A DNA stretch of 64,000 nt from Candidatus Eiseniibacteriota bacterium (GCA_031370645.1 JANMQV010000152.1:102473-166472); one strand, 5' to 3'. Shown: positions 19,962 to 30,098, counted from the first letter of the stretch. A program made the numbers and translations. The notes: generated from the sequence alone by a model not told the origin.

Positions 19962-20704
19962 CCAAGGCGATGGAAGGACGCGTCGCCGTCGTCACCGGAG
20001 GGGGGAAGGGGATCGGACTCGCCATCGCGCGGACCTTCCGCGACGCGGGGGCCGCGGTGGTTGTGACGGGACGGGATCAAGTCGCGCTCGACGCCTTCGT
20101 CGCGGAGACGACGGCGGCCGGCGGACGCGCGATCTCGGTCGTGGCCGACATGGCGAAGGCGGGAGAAGCCGACCGCGTCTGCGCCGCCACGCTCGAGGCG
20201 TACGGAAAAGCGGATTGCCTGGTGAACAACGCGGGCATCACGCGCGACGGACTCCTGGTCCGCATGTCGGACGAGGACTGGGACGCGGTGCTCGACACGA
20301 ATCTGAAGGGGGCCTTTCGCGCCATTCGCGCCTTCACGCGCCCGATGATGAAAGCGCGCTGGGGACGGATCGTGAACATCACGTCGGTCATCGGATTGAT
20401 CGGAAACGCGGGGCAGGCGAACTATGCCGCCTCCAAAGCGGGTTTGATCGGTCTGACGAAGGCGGTTGCGAAGGAATTGGCCTCTCGTCATATTACGGTG
20501 AACGCCGTGGCGCCGGGGTTCATCGAAACGGCGATGACCGAAGCGCTCGGAGAAAACGTGCGGGCAGGGCTTCAAGCCCAGATCCCGCTCGGCCGGCTTG
20601 GATCGGCCGTAGACGTGGCGCACGCGGTGGCCTTCCTCTGCTCGGAGGACGCCGGGTACGTCACGGGACAAGTGCTGCCGGTCGACGGCGGCATGGTGAT
20701 GTAG
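19958..20704 (+). CDS. fabG: 3-oxoacyl-ACP reductase
   Basis: VTGGGKGIG, NNAGITRD, GQANYAASKAG, VAPGFIET. Confidence 0.96.
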   Translation: MTKAMEGRVAVVTGGGKGIGLAIARTFRDAGAAVVVTGRDQVALDAFVAETTAAGGRAISVVADMAKAGEADRVCAATLEAYGKADCLVNNAGITRDGLLVRMSDEDWDAVLDTNLKGAFRAIRAFTRPMMKARWGRIVNITSVIGLIGNAGQANYAASKAGLIGLTKAVAKELASRHITVNAVAPGFIETAMTEALGENVRAGLQAQIPLGRLGSAVDVAHAVAFLCSEDAGYVTGQVLPVDGGMVM

Positions 20705-20754
20705 GCGCGTTCTCGCAACGGCGGGAATGCAACGAACGGGAGGTGTAGAAGCGT

Positions 20755-21003
20755 ATGGCGACTTTTAGTGAGGATCGGGTCAAGCAGATCATCGTGGATC
20801 AGTTGGGCGTAGCGCCGGAGCAGGTCACGCCGGAAGCGTCGTTCATCGACGACTTGGGCGCCGACTCTCTGGACACGGTGGAGTTGGTCATGGCCCTCGA
20901 GGAGGCGTTCGACCTGGAAATTCCGGACGAGGACGCCGAGAAGATGACGACGGTCGCGGATGCCATCAAGTACCTCGAGTCCCACGTCCCGAAGAACGCC
21001 TAG
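20755..21003 (+). CDS. acpP: Acyl carrier protein
   Basis: [18 protein letters not shown] phosphopantetheine site; GGAGGT RBS. Confidence 0.98.
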   Translation: MATFSEDRVKQIIVDQLGVAPEQVTPEASFIDDLGADSLDTVELVMALEEAFDLEIPDEDAEKMTTVADAIKYLESHVPKNA

Positions 21004-21081
21004 GGAACGCGCGAACGCGCGCGCGGTGCGCCCCGGAGCCGTTCGTCCGGGAGTCGCGCCGTCACGGAGCGAATTCACGTC

Positions 21082-22338
21082 ATGATGAAGTCTGAAACGT
21101 CGCGCCGCGTCGTCGTCACCGGGCTGGGGGTCGTCTCGCCCCTCGGTTCGGAGGTCGAGACGTTCTGGCGGCGGCTCGTCGCGGGCGAGTCGGGGATCGG
21201 CCAAGTCACTCGGTTCGATACCACCGGCTACGACACCACGATCGCGGGCGAAGCGCAGGGCTTCAAGGCCGAGGACTATCTCGACCGGAAGGAAGTCCGG
21301 CGGGCCGATCTTTTCGTCCAGTTCGCGATCGGAGCGGCGGTGCAGGCCGTGAAACAGGCCGGCGTTTCGCCGGAAACCGTCGATGCCACGCGCTACGGCG
21401 TGATCGTCGGTTCCGGAATCGGCGGCATCGCCACGCTCGAGGATCAGCACCGCGTGCTCCTCGAGAAGGGACCGGGACGGGTCAGCCCGTTCTTCATCCC
21501 GATGATGATTTCCGATATGGCCGCGGGTCAAATTTCGATCCAGCTCGGCGCCAAGGGACCGAACTACTGCACGGTCTCGGCATGCGCGTCGGGGGCCCAC
21601 GCGATCGGACAGGCGATGCGCCACATTCAGCGCGGTGAAGCGGACGTGATGATCACGGGAGGCGCGGAAGCGCCGGTGACGCCCGTCGCGTTCGCGGGAT
21701 TCTGCTCCATGAAGGCCATGTCCACCAGGAACGACGAGCCGGTTCGGGCGTCGCGTCCCTTCGATGCCCAGCGCGACGGATTCGTGATGGGCGAAGGGTC
21801 GGGAATCCTCGTCATCGAGGAACTCGAGCACGCGAAGCGCCGGGGCGTTCCGATTCTGGCGGAACTGGTCGGTTACGGCGCCACGGGAGATGCCCATCAC
21901 ATGACCGCGCCCGCCCCCGAGGGTGAGGGTGCGGCGCGGGCCATGAGGGCGGCAATCGCCGATTCGGATTTGCCCATCGAATCGTTCGGTTACCTGAACG
22001 CCCACGGCACCTCCACGCCTCTCAACGATAAGTTCGAAACACAAGCCATCAAGTCGGTGCTCGGGGAACACGCACGAAAGGTCGCCATCAGCTCGACGAA
22101 GTCGATGACGGGGCACCTTCTCGGAGCCGCCGGAGGGCTCGAGACCGTGATTTGCGTTCTCGCCCTGGAGCGAAAGACGCTTCCCCCGACGATCAATTAC
22201 GAACACCCCGATCCCGACTGTGATCTCGACTACGTCCCCAACACTGCGCGAACGGTCGAAGTGCAGGCAGCCCTTTCCAATTCACTGGGCTTTGGCGGGC
22301 ATAACGTCACCCTGGCGTTGTCGCGATACGTGGCATAA
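21082..22338 (+). CDS. fabF: Beta-ketoacyl-ACP synthase II
   Basis: [51 protein letters not shown]. Confidence 0.97.
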   Translation: MMKSETSRRVVVTGLGVVSPLGSEVETFWRRLVAGESGIGQVTRFDTTGYDTTIAGEAQGFKAEDYLDRKEVRRADLFVQFAIGAAVQAVKQAGVSPETVDATRYGVIVGSGIGGIATLEDQHRVLLEKGPGRVSPFFIPMMISDMAAGQISIQLGAKGPNYCTVSACASGAHAIGQAMRHIQRGEADVMITGGAEAPVTPVAFAGFCSMKAMSTRNDEPVRASRPFDAQRDGFVMGEGSGILVIEELEHAKRRGVPILAELVGYGATGDAHHMTAPAPEGEGAARAMRAAIADSDLPIESFGYLNAHGTSTPLNDKFETQAIKSVLGEHARKVAISSTKSMTGHLLGAAGGLETVICVLALERKTLPPTINYEHPDPDCDLDYVPNTARTVEVQAALSNSLGFGGHNVTLALSRYVA

Positions 22339-22371
22339 GGGGATTCCGCCGATGAGTGGAGTCCGAAACTC

Positions 22372-23427
22372 GTGAGATTTCTAAGAAAACTGTTCGGCCT
22401 GGACCGCCCCGCGGCCCCGGCTCATCGCGGCAAAGACCGCGATTTCGATTTGGCTGGTTTGGAACGCTGCGTTCACTACAAGTTCAAGGATCCGGCGCTC
22501 GCGCGTCTGGCCATGACCCACCGTTCCTATCTCCACGCGACCCCCGGACGCGGCGGAGAGTCGAACGAGCGCCTGGAATTCCTCGGCGACTCGGTGGTGG
22601 GTCTCGTGGTGAACGAATTCCTCTTCAAGAAATTCACGAAACTGCGCGAAGGCGAACTGACGAAGATGAAGTCGCTCCTCGTGAGCCGGGTCATCCTCTC
22701 GCGCACCGCGAGTCACATGGGCCTCGGCAAGCACATCCTCTTGAGCGAAGCCGAAGGCGGATCGGGCGGCCGAAACCGCGCCTCCATCCTCGCCGACACC
22801 CTGGAAGGGGTCATCGGCGCCATCTATCTCGACGGCGGCTTGGAGCCGGCGCAGCAACTGACCGCGCGCCTCCTCCTGAAGGAAGTCCACACGATCCTGG
22901 GCGACGCGAATCTGGCGAACTACAAGTCGATGCTCCAGGAGTACGTGCAGGGCGAGTTCAAGACGCACCCCCAGTACCGCATTTCGAGCGAGAACGGCCC
23001 CGACCACCAGAAGCTCTTCACGGTGGAAGTCGTCGTTTCCGGAAAGTCGCTCGGCCGCGGGCATGGGCAGAACAAGAAGGAAGCCGAGCAGGAAGCGGCC
23101 CGCGACGCGCTCCTCCATTTCGAGAAGATGTCGGGGAAGAGCGAGAAGCGACCGCATTCGACTCGCCCGCATTCCGTTCCCGCCCCCGCCGAGCCCGGTA
23201 GTCCCGCGGCGGCGGTGCAGGCCGCCGAGAGCGCGGCCGACCGGGAAGGGCGCCGCCGGCGCCGCCGGGGAGGCAGGGGTCGCCGTGGTGGACGAGGTCG
23301 GGGAGACGGGAAGCCCGACGGTGGAGAGTCCGGATCGTCCAGCTCTTCCTCGCGGTCGGGCGGAGGCTCCTCGTCGCACGAGCCGCCGGTCACCTCGGGG
23401 TCATCGTCCTTGCATGGCGATTCATAG
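22372..23427 (+). CDS. rnc: Ribonuclease III with a ~100-aa low-complexity C-terminal extension
   Basis: NERLEFLGDSV signature, ADTLEGVIGAIYLD, dsRBD (NYKSMLQE...GPDHQKLF...KKEAEQEAA). Confidence 0.96.
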   Translation: MRFLRKLFGLDRPAAPAHRGKDRDFDLAGLERCVHYKFKDPALARLAMTHRSYLHATPGRGGESNERLEFLGDSVVGLVVNEFLFKKFTKLREGELTKMKSLLVSRVILSRTASHMGLGKHILLSEAEGGSGGRNRASILADTLEGVIGAIYLDGGLEPAQQLTARLLLKEVHTILGDANLANYKSMLQEYVQGEFKTHPQYRISSENGPDHQKLFTVEVVVSGKSLGRGHGQNKKEAEQEAARDALLHFEKMSGKSEKRPHSTRPHSVPAPAEPGSPAAAVQAAESAADREGRRRRRRGGRGRRGGRGRGDGKPDGGESGSSSSSSRSGGGSSSHEPPVTSGSSSLHGDS

Positions 23428-23438
23428 CACGGTATAAT
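23410..23438 (+). promoter_or_regulatory. Sigma-70 promoter upstream of the TPR gene
   Basis: TTGCAT (23410-23415), 17-nt spacer, TATAAT (23433-23438). Confidence 0.7.
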
Positions 23439-23517
23439 TCTCACTGTCGTCTCGATCAGGGGGGGAAGGCTCTCGGGCCTTCCTCGTCCCTTTTCGAACC
23501 CTTTCGGGAGACGACCC

Positions 23518-25188
23518 GTGCGCGATGATCAAAGACTGAACCAGGCGATTCCGCCCCTTGTAGTCGCGCTATTCCTCGCCGCCTTCGCGGTTCCGCAGGC
23601 TCACGCCCAGTACCGTCTTCTCCCGCCGACCGACATGACGCTCGTCGCGCGCTCCTCCTTGGCCGAAGCCGCGGGCGAGCCCGAAGCCGCCATCGCTTGG
23701 GCCGAATCGCTCTCCCGTCTGGAGCCTCGGAGCGCTTTCGCCCATGCCCGCGTGGCGGTCCTTCACGAGGCGATGGGACAGGATTTTGAAGCGCTCGCGT
23801 GGGGCGAAAAAGCCCTCGCCTGCGACAGTCTCAATATCGACGCCGCCATGCTGGTCGGGCGGATGCGGTTGCGTTCGGGGGAGAGTCAGGGCGCCGTGCA
23901 GGTCCTGACGCCCCCGCTACGCCAACTCGGCGCGCCGCCCGAGCTCTACGGGCTCCGCGCGCTGGCGCACGAACTCTCCCGCACCTATGACGCCGCGCTC
24001 GCGGATCTCAAGCGGACCGACGTCCTGCTCCCCGATTTCGCCTGGATCGCCACGGGAATCTTGAGCCTGTCGCTCGAGGACGGCCGGCTGGAGGAAGCGA
24101 AGCAAGCCCTTCAGCTGGCCCTCGAGCTCAGGCCGGAAGACGCCCGGGTCTTGACGCTCGGCGTCTCGCTAGCCCAGAAAACGGAAGATCCGCTCCTCGA
24201 GGAAACGCTCCTTCGCGCCCTGGCGCTCCTGCCGGAGACGCGGACGGCCGATGTCGCCTCCTACAGCGCGTTCCTCCATCGGCACGGGAAAGACGGTGAA
24301 TTCCGCCAGTTGGTCAAATGGGCGGTTTCAAGGGGACTCGCCGAGGGTGATCTCCGGATCGAGGCGTCCCGCCAGCTCTTCCAGGCGGGGTTCAACGAAG
24401 ACGCGATCGCCCTGGTGAAGCCGGTGGACGACCCGAGGGCGACGGCCCTCCGGGCGCGGGCCTCCGTCTCCATGGGGAATGAGGTCGAAGCACTGACCCA
24501 ATACCGACGACTCCTCCCCGCCATGGGGATCTCGCGCGAGGAATCGCTGGTGGTCGCCTACTTGGAAATCCGGAAAGGGGACGAGCGCGTCGGCGTGAAT
24601 CTCCTCGAGACGGCCCGCTCGTTTGGATTCGACACCCCGCGCCAGGTCCTGGCGGCGAGCCTGTGCTACGCTCTCCTCGGCCATCCGGACGAGTCGGTGG
24701 CCCTGATTCGGGCCAGCGCCGCCCGAGGCATCGCCAGCGCCTCGCTCTACCAGGAGCTCGGCTCGGCCGCCTCCGCGATGGGGGACAAGCTCCTCGCACA
24801 GTGGGCCTTTGAGCGCGTCCGGGAGCTGGGAGGAGAATCGTCGGAATGCTTGACCTTCCTCGCCACGACCGATCTGGCCCGTGGGAAGCCCGATCGGGCG
24901 GTCCCGCAGCTGGAGCGGGCCATCCAGATCAACCCCAAGAACGGCAAGGCGTTGCTGATGCTCGGCAGGCTCCGCCGCCAGTGGGGGCAGCTGGAATTGG
25001 CGCGGGAGTACCTCCGCCGCGCGGCCGATTGTCCCGAGTCGTCCGGGGACGCGAACGCGGTTCTGGCGGAAGTTTGCCGGAGCCTCCGCCTCGACACCGA
25101 AGCGAAGGAAGCCGCCGCCAAGGCCCGGGCCATCCGGGTTCGGCCGGCTGCCCCGGGGCTCTCCCTCTTCCAAGGCGAAGCGCGCTAG
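23518..25188 (+). CDS. Exported tetratricopeptide-repeat protein
   Basis: Signal-peptide-like N-terminus ending PQAHA|Q; helical repeats such as AVPQLERAIQINPKNGKALLMLG. Confidence 0.8.
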   Translation: MRDDQRLNQAIPPLVVALFLAAFAVPQAHAQYRLLPPTDMTLVARSSLAEAAGEPEAAIAWAESLSRLEPRSAFAHARVAVLHEAMGQDFEALAWGEKALACDSLNIDAAMLVGRMRLRSGESQGAVQVLTPPLRQLGAPPELYGLRALAHELSRTYDAALADLKRTDVLLPDFAWIATGILSLSLEDGRLEEAKQALQLALELRPEDARVLTLGVSLAQKTEDPLLEETLLRALALLPETRTADVASYSAFLHRHGKDGEFRQLVKWAVSRGLAEGDLRIEASRQLFQAGFNEDAIALVKPVDDPRATALRARASVSMGNEVEALTQYRRLLPAMGISREESLVVAYLEIRKGDERVGVNLLETARSFGFDTPRQVLAASLCYALLGHPDESVALIRASAARGIASASLYQELGSAASAMGDKLLAQWAFERVRELGGESSECLTFLATTDLARGKPDRAVPQLERAIQINPKNGKALLMLGRLRRQWGQLELAREYLRRAADCPESSGDANAVLAEVCRSLRLDTEAKEAAAKARAIRVRPAAPGLSLFQGEAR

Positions 25189-25262
25189 GGGCCTCCCGCC
25201 CCGGCCTCGCCGTTTCGCCCCCGCCGGCCCCCTTCCGGGCCGGTCAACCCTCCATGAATCCA

Positions 25263-25290
25263 GGAACCTGGCCGACACCCCGGGGTAACA
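25263..25290 (+). promoter_or_regulatory. Putative ECF-sigma autoregulatory promoter (near-leaderless transcript)
   Basis: GGAAC-N17-GTAAC ending a few nt before the ECF sigma ATG; resembles ECF AAC...GT-type consensus promoters. Confidence 0.45.
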
Positions 25291-25294
25291 GACG

Positions 25295-25942
25295 ATGAAC
25301 CCGGAGGATGACGACGTGCCCCTGGAGCTTGTTCGATTGAAACGGCTCGACAGCCTGGCCGAGCTAAGCGACGAAGACGTCATGGAGCGCTGTGCGACCG
25401 GCTCCGAGATCGCCTTCCGCGCTCTCGTGAAGCGCTACCGCGGCCGGATCATGAATCTCGTCTCTCGGTTCATCAACGATCGCGACCGCGCGGAGGAGAT
25501 CTCTCAGGAAGTCTTCCTGCGCGTCTTTCGAAACCGCGAGCGCTACCGCAAGAGCGGCAAGTTCTCGACGTGGATTTTCACGATCGCCGTCAATTTGACT
25601 AAAAACGAAATCCGGAGCCGGGTTCGCCACAAGGGGACCTTTAGCCTCGACGCCCTGGAAGAAGAAACCGGGGGACAGGGGCTGCCGTATCCGGATACGA
25701 ATCCCCTCCCCGATGAAGACCTGAGCCGCGGCGAGATCCGCGAAAAGGTCGCTGAGGCGCTCCGCAAACTTCCCCCTCGTTATCGCGAGGCGGTGGTGCT
25801 TCGAGATATCGAGGGAATGAGCTACGAAGAGGTGGGGCAGATCCTCGGCATTCCCGGCGGGACGGTGCGTTCGCGCATCAATCGCGCCCGGCTGATGCTG
25901 AAGGAGCGGCTCAAGCCCTTCCTGACCCTGGAGGACGTATGA
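25295..25942 (+). CDS. ECF RNA polymerase sigma factor (RpoE/SigW-like)
   Basis: AEEISQEVFLRVF, FSTWIFTIAVN (region 2); LPPRYREAVVLRDIEGMSYEEV..ILGIP.GTVRSRINRAR (region 4). Confidence 0.95.
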   Translation: MNPEDDDVPLELVRLKRLDSLAELSDEDVMERCATGSEIAFRALVKRYRGRIMNLVSRFINDRDRAEEISQEVFLRVFRNRERYRKSGKFSTWIFTIAVNLTKNEIRSRVRHKGTFSLDALEEETGGQGLPYPDTNPLPDEDLSRGEIREKVAEALRKLPPRYREAVVLRDIEGMSYEEVGQILGIPGGTVRSRINRARLMLKERLKPFLTLEDV

Positions 25943-26703
25943 ACTGCCGGAACGCCGAATCACTCTTCTCCGCCTTTCTCGACGATGAACTCACGCAGGG
26001 CGAGAGGCGACATTTCGAGTCGCATCTCCTCGGCTGCCGCCGCTGCTCGCAGTCGGTCCGCGAACTGAAGGGCGCCATGGCGCTCGTCAACGACGCGGTG
26101 ACCGCCTCGGCCGTCGAGACGGGGCCCCACTTCGAGGACGATCTGATGGATCGCATTCGCTCCGGCGAGGCGATGCGCCCGACCGTGATCGAATGGATCC
26201 AGAGCTTCCTCGTGCCCGATCGACTTCGCCCCGTCTTCATCGTCGGCGCGAGCGCCTGCGCGGTGTTCGTGGCGGTCATCCTGTTCCAGGGCGGCAACAA
26301 GAAGGCGGACGACGCGAACGGCCCGGCCATGGCGTCGCACGCCACGGAGGCTCCGAGTATCGCTTCCACGACCTCGCCCGAGATTTCGACGCCGGCCACG
26401 ACGCCGGTGGTGACGCCGCCTGCGACCACGCTCGCGAGCGCCGCTCCCGCACCGTCCACCGCGAAGAGCACGGCACCGCATGCGACCGGCGGCAACGGCA
26501 TCGTGGAGATCGCGGACCGCGTGGTTCCCGCGAATGGCGGCGAGGGCGGTTCATCGATTCCGAATCCCGACGCGCAATTCGTCGACGAGTACGTGAACGA
26601 CAACTTCTTCCTGCAGCGCGGAGCGGTCGTCGCGGATCCGCAGCAGCCGTCGCTCGTACCCGTCTCGGACAAGGGTTCCGATGGCGTGTACATCGAGTTC
26701 TAG
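25939..26703 (+). CDS. Zinc-binding (zf-HC2) transmembrane anti-sigma factor
   Basis: MNC...LDDEL...HLLGCRRC (HxxxCxxC), one TM helix, Thr/Pro/Ala-rich extracytoplasmic tail; ATGA overlap with the sigma gene. Confidence 0.9.
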   Translation: MNCRNAESLFSAFLDDELTQGERRHFESHLLGCRRCSQSVRELKGAMALVNDAVTASAVETGPHFEDDLMDRIRSGEAMRPTVIEWIQSFLVPDRLRPVFIVGASACAVFVAVILFQGGNKKADDANGPAMASHATEAPSIASTTSPEISTPATTPVVTPPATTLASAAPAPSTAKSTAPHATGGNGIVEIADRVVPANGGEGGSSIPNPDAQFVDEYVNDNFFLQRGAVVADPQQPSLVPVSDKGSDGVYIEF

Positions 26704-27904
26704 CCGCTTCCTCCCAGAGCGCGGCGCGGTCCTCCCGGCCCGCCGCGCTGCGGCGTTTCTAGTCGTCGCGCTCCTCCTCGGCCTCGCGGCTCCCGCGCGC
26801 GCCATTGACGATCCCAAGCCGATTCGCGAAGAAGAAGTTGGCATCCTGAATGGCGTCGACGCGGCCAATCAGAGCGTCGTCACGGTCATCGGCTATCCGA
26901 TGCGCTACGGCCCGCCGCGCCCCGGCCACAAGCTGAAGCGGCTCATCGGCACGGCCGTCGTCTCCTCCGAACATCGCCTCATCACGACCGCGAGCATGGC
27001 GCTTCCCGGCGGGACGCTCGGCGTCCTCCTCGGGAAGGGCGTGGAGAAGGAAGCGCATCTCCTCGGCGTGGACCGGAAGTCGAACCTCGCGCTCTTCGAG
27101 GTTCCCGACGCCGACCTGAGGGTGCTTCGCCGCGCCTCGCCGCGATCGCTCGCGGTGGGCGCGTGGGTCGCCGTCATCTCGAACGTCTCGATCACGCGTC
27201 CGCAGGCGGCCCTCGGCCGCGTGGCGGGGCGCGGCGAGCGGATCGACTTTCCTTTCGCGGGAGATATCGTGGAGATCGACGCGCCGAGCTACCTCGGCGC
27301 CACCGGGGCCGCCGTGCTGAACGAAGAAGGCGACTGGGTGGCGGTGGTGGTCGGACGCGCCGCAACGGCCCCTCCGGCGGGCGCTGGGACGCCCAACGGG
27401 GGAACGAGCGCCGAAGAGCCCGCCCAGCCGAACAGCGTGTTGCTCGCGCTTCCGGTCGATCAGGTGGATCGCATCGCGGCCGATCTGGCCGAGCATGGCG
27501 CGGTCCGCCACGCCTTCCTCGGCGTGGGACTTCGCGTCGACCCCAACGACACGCTCGGCGTCCGCGTCGTGAAGGTGGCGCCCGGAAGCCCGGCGGAAGC
27601 GGCCGGGGTTCGAATCGGCGACCGCATCCTCGCCATCGACGCCGAGGAGATGCGAACGTCCGACGAGATAACGGCCCTCGTCCGCGGCATGCGGCCGGGG
27701 GATGAGATCTCCCTCACGATTCTCCGCGACGAGGAGATTCGCCCGCTCGTCGCCACGCTCGGCGCCGCCACAGCGGACGCCGTCTCCGGCGCCGTTCCAC
27801 GCGAGGCGGAGATCAAGGCGCTCCGCGAAAACCTCGACCGGCTGCGCGATGAATCGCAAAAGGTCGAAGAGCGCCTGAAGGCGCTAGAAACGCCGCGCCG
27901 CTAG
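26681..27904 (+). CDS. HtrA/DegS-like trypsin-fold + PDZ protein, apparently catalytically inactive
   Basis: Signal peptide, degenerate protease domain, PDZ (AFLGV...V.PGSPAEAAGVRIGDRILAID), C-terminal coiled coil; triad motifs read TTASM, KSNLA and GATGA. Confidence 0.82.
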   Translation: MACTSSSSRFLPERGAVLPARRAAAFLVVALLLGLAAPARAIDDPKPIREEEVGILNGVDAANQSVVTVIGYPMRYGPPRPGHKLKRLIGTAVVSSEHRLITTASMALPGGTLGVLLGKGVEKEAHLLGVDRKSNLALFEVPDADLRVLRRASPRSLAVGAWVAVISNVSITRPQAALGRVAGRGERIDFPFAGDIVEIDAPSYLGATGAAVLNEEGDWVAVVVGRAATAPPAGAGTPNGGTSAEEPAQPNSVLLALPVDQVDRIAADLAEHGAVRHAFLGVGLRVDPNDTLGVRVVKVAPGSPAEAAGVRIGDRILAIDAEEMRTSDEITALVRGMRPGDEISLTILRDEEIRPLVATLGAATADAVSGAVPREAEIKALRENLDRLRDESQKVEERLKALETPRR

Positions 27905-27940
27905 TCCCCTCCGCGGCCGTGTGGTAGCCTGCGGGCCGCC

Positions 27941-28939
27941 ATGCGATCCTGGCTACTCGCCCTCCTCCTCGTCTCCAGCGTGTCGTGCGGGGGACGTCCG
28001 TTCGCGGAGGGATCGAGCCGCGAACTGACCGTCATCACCTCGCTCCCCAACGACGCCCCCGAAATTCTCCTCCTTCGTGCCATCGTGGAACGAACCGCCA
28101 TCCGAATCGACGACGAGAAAGCCTACGTCGTTCGCGTGGTGACTCCGGCGGACAAGAGCGCCTACCGGGCGCGAAACGTCATCGTCGTGGGCTACGGCCC
28201 CGCCGGAGCGGTGCCGCGGCCGGCGCGGCGCCTCTACGATCTCCTTCAGAGCGGAGCGCGTTCGAACGGTTCAGCGAAACGGGCCGGTGCGACGGCGGTC
28301 TCCCTCTTCACGCCCGACCTCTGGCTCCGCGGGCAGGCGGCCGGCATCATCTGGACCGACACGCGCGAAGCGTGGAGCCCCGCGGTGGCCGCCGAGCAGA
28401 ATCGCCTCTTCCAGTCGCTCGATCGCGCCACCTTCGCCGGCGTTCGCGAGCGGATTCTCTCCATGCCGCGGGATGAATCCGCCGAGCGCCAGTTGTCCGA
28501 AGCGCTCGGCGTCGCGATGCGTGTCCCGCGCGGCATGAGCCTTCGGCTCAACGGCCCCGCGCATGCCGCGCTCCTGCTCGAGCAGGGTCCGCCGGCGAGG
28601 CTTCTTCGCCTCGCGGTGGCCACCGCGCCGCCCGACGCCGATCCCCGCCGCGCGCGGGAGTCGCTGGCGATCCGCTTTCGCCCCGACGAGCAGACGCTCG
28701 ACATCAGCGAGCCGCTCCTCTCGCCCGATGTGATGGCGGGAGCGACGCGGCAACTCCACGGCCGCTGGGAAGACTCCGAGGTCAGCGCGGCCGGTCCGTT
28801 CCGGTACTATGAGGTCACGCGCGGCGCGCTCCGGCTCCAGATCGATCTGGCCGTGTTCGCGCCGGGGAAGCCGAAGCTTCCTTACCTAAGAGAACTCCAA
28901 GCCATTGCCGAGACCGCGGAGCCGTCGCACGGCCCATGA
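27941..28939 (+). CDS. Lipoprotein, DUF4837-like
   Basis: Lipobox-like SSVSC; C-terminus AGPFRYY...VFAPGKPKLPYLRELQAIAET resembles DUF4837 (recognised by eye). Confidence 0.55.
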   Translation: MRSWLLALLLVSSVSCGGRPFAEGSSRELTVITSLPNDAPEILLLRAIVERTAIRIDDEKAYVVRVVTPADKSAYRARNVIVVGYGPAGAVPRPARRLYDLLQSGARSNGSAKRAGATAVSLFTPDLWLRGQAAGIIWTDTREAWSPAVAAEQNRLFQSLDRATFAGVRERILSMPRDESAERQLSEALGVAMRVPRGMSLRLNGPAHAALLLEQGPPARLLRLAVATAPPDADPRRARESLAIRFRPDEQTLDISEPLLSPDVMAGATRQLHGRWEDSEVSAAGPFRYYEVTRGALRLQIDLAVFAPGKPKLPYLRELQAIAETAEPSHGP

Positions 28940-28979
28940 GAACGAACCGACGTGACGCCACCGTGCAAGAGAGGGATTC

Positions 28980-30089
28980 ATGCCGACCATCGCCGTGAAG
29001 ATCCCCGGGCGCCCCGTGCGCTACGCCGTTCGCGTCGAGCGCGGGCTGCTCGACAAGATCGGCGCGCGCCTGCGCCGCGACGTTGGTATGAAGCCGGGCA
29101 CCATCGTGGCGCTCGTCACCGACAGGACCGTGGCGCGCCTCTACGCCGCCCGCGTGGAACGAAGCCTCCGAGCCGCCGGCTACGACGTCCGCCGCTACGT
29201 CGTGCCGCCCGGTGAGCCGTCGAAGGATCTCGCCGTGGCGGCGCGTCTCTTCGAGTGGTGGGCGCGCGACGGCGTGGGGAAAGACGCCCTCGTCGTGGCG
29301 CTCGGCGGAGGGGTGGTCTCCGATGTGACCGGCTTCGCCGCCGCCACCTTCGGACGCGGCCTCGCGTGGGTCGCCGTTCCCACGACGCTTCTCTCCCAGG
29401 CCGACGCCGCCATCGGGGGGAAGACGGGGGTGAATCTGAAGGCGGGGAAGAACCTCGTCGGCGCCTTCCATCATCCGCGCGCCGTCTACGCCGATCCCGA
29501 CGCGCTCCGCTCGCTCCCGCGACGCGCCATCCGCTCCGGCCTGGCCGAGGTCGTGAAGATGGGTGTCGTTCGCGATCCGAGCATTCTCGTCCGCATGGCC
29601 TCGCTCCTTCGTCGCGGCCGCGGGCTCGACCCGAGGGCGCTCGCACCCTTGGTTCGCGCCTGCGCCGTTTCGAAGGCGTGGTTCGTCTCAAAGGACGAAC
29701 GCGACAAGGGGATTCGCCGCGTGCTCAACTTCGGTCACACCGTCGGGCACGCGCTCGAAGCATCGGAGGGGTATCGCGCGTTTCACCACGGGGAAGCCGT
29801 CGCGGTCGGAATGGTAGCGGCGCTCCGCCTGAGCGTGTTGGAGACACGCCTCGATCCGATCGCCGCGCTCCGTGTCGAGTGGATGCTGAAAGCGATCGGC
29901 CTGCCGACCGGATTGAAGCGCCCCGTGAAGCCGAGCTTCTGGAAGGCGGTTCTCCGGGACAAGAAGCGTGGACGCGCGGGCGTCCGAGTGGTATTGTGCC
30001 CCGCGATCGGCAAGGCTAAAGTGATTGCGTTGCCGTCGCTTACCCCGCTGGAGCGGGTGGTCGCCAGCCTGGTTCGTGGCGGATCATAG
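28980..30089 (+). CDS. aroB: 3-dehydroquinate synthase
   Basis: ALGGGVVSD, VPTTLLSQADAAIGGKTGVN, KNLVGAFH, LNFGHTVGHALE, HGEAV. Confidence 0.96.
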   Translation: MPTIAVKIPGRPVRYAVRVERGLLDKIGARLRRDVGMKPGTIVALVTDRTVARLYAARVERSLRAAGYDVRRYVVPPGEPSKDLAVAARLFEWWARDGVGKDALVVALGGGVVSDVTGFAAATFGRGLAWVAVPTTLLSQADAAIGGKTGVNLKAGKNLVGAFHHPRAVYADPDALRSLPRRAIRSGLAEVVKMGVVRDPSILVRMASLLRRGRGLDPRALAPLVRACAVSKAWFVSKDERDKGIRRVLNFGHTVGHALEASEGYRAFHHGEAVAVGMVAALRLSVLETRLDPIAALRVEWMLKAIGLPTGLKRPVKPSFWKAVLRDKKRGRAGVRVVLCPAIGKAKVIALPSLTPLERVVASLVRGGS

Positions 30090-30098
30090 AGGAGGCGC

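Noticed and set aside
23459-23465. G7 run downstream of the TPR promoter
   Set aside because: Short, outside the promoter spacer, and part of a leader hairpin (GGAAGGC...GCCTTCC); phase variation is unlikely.
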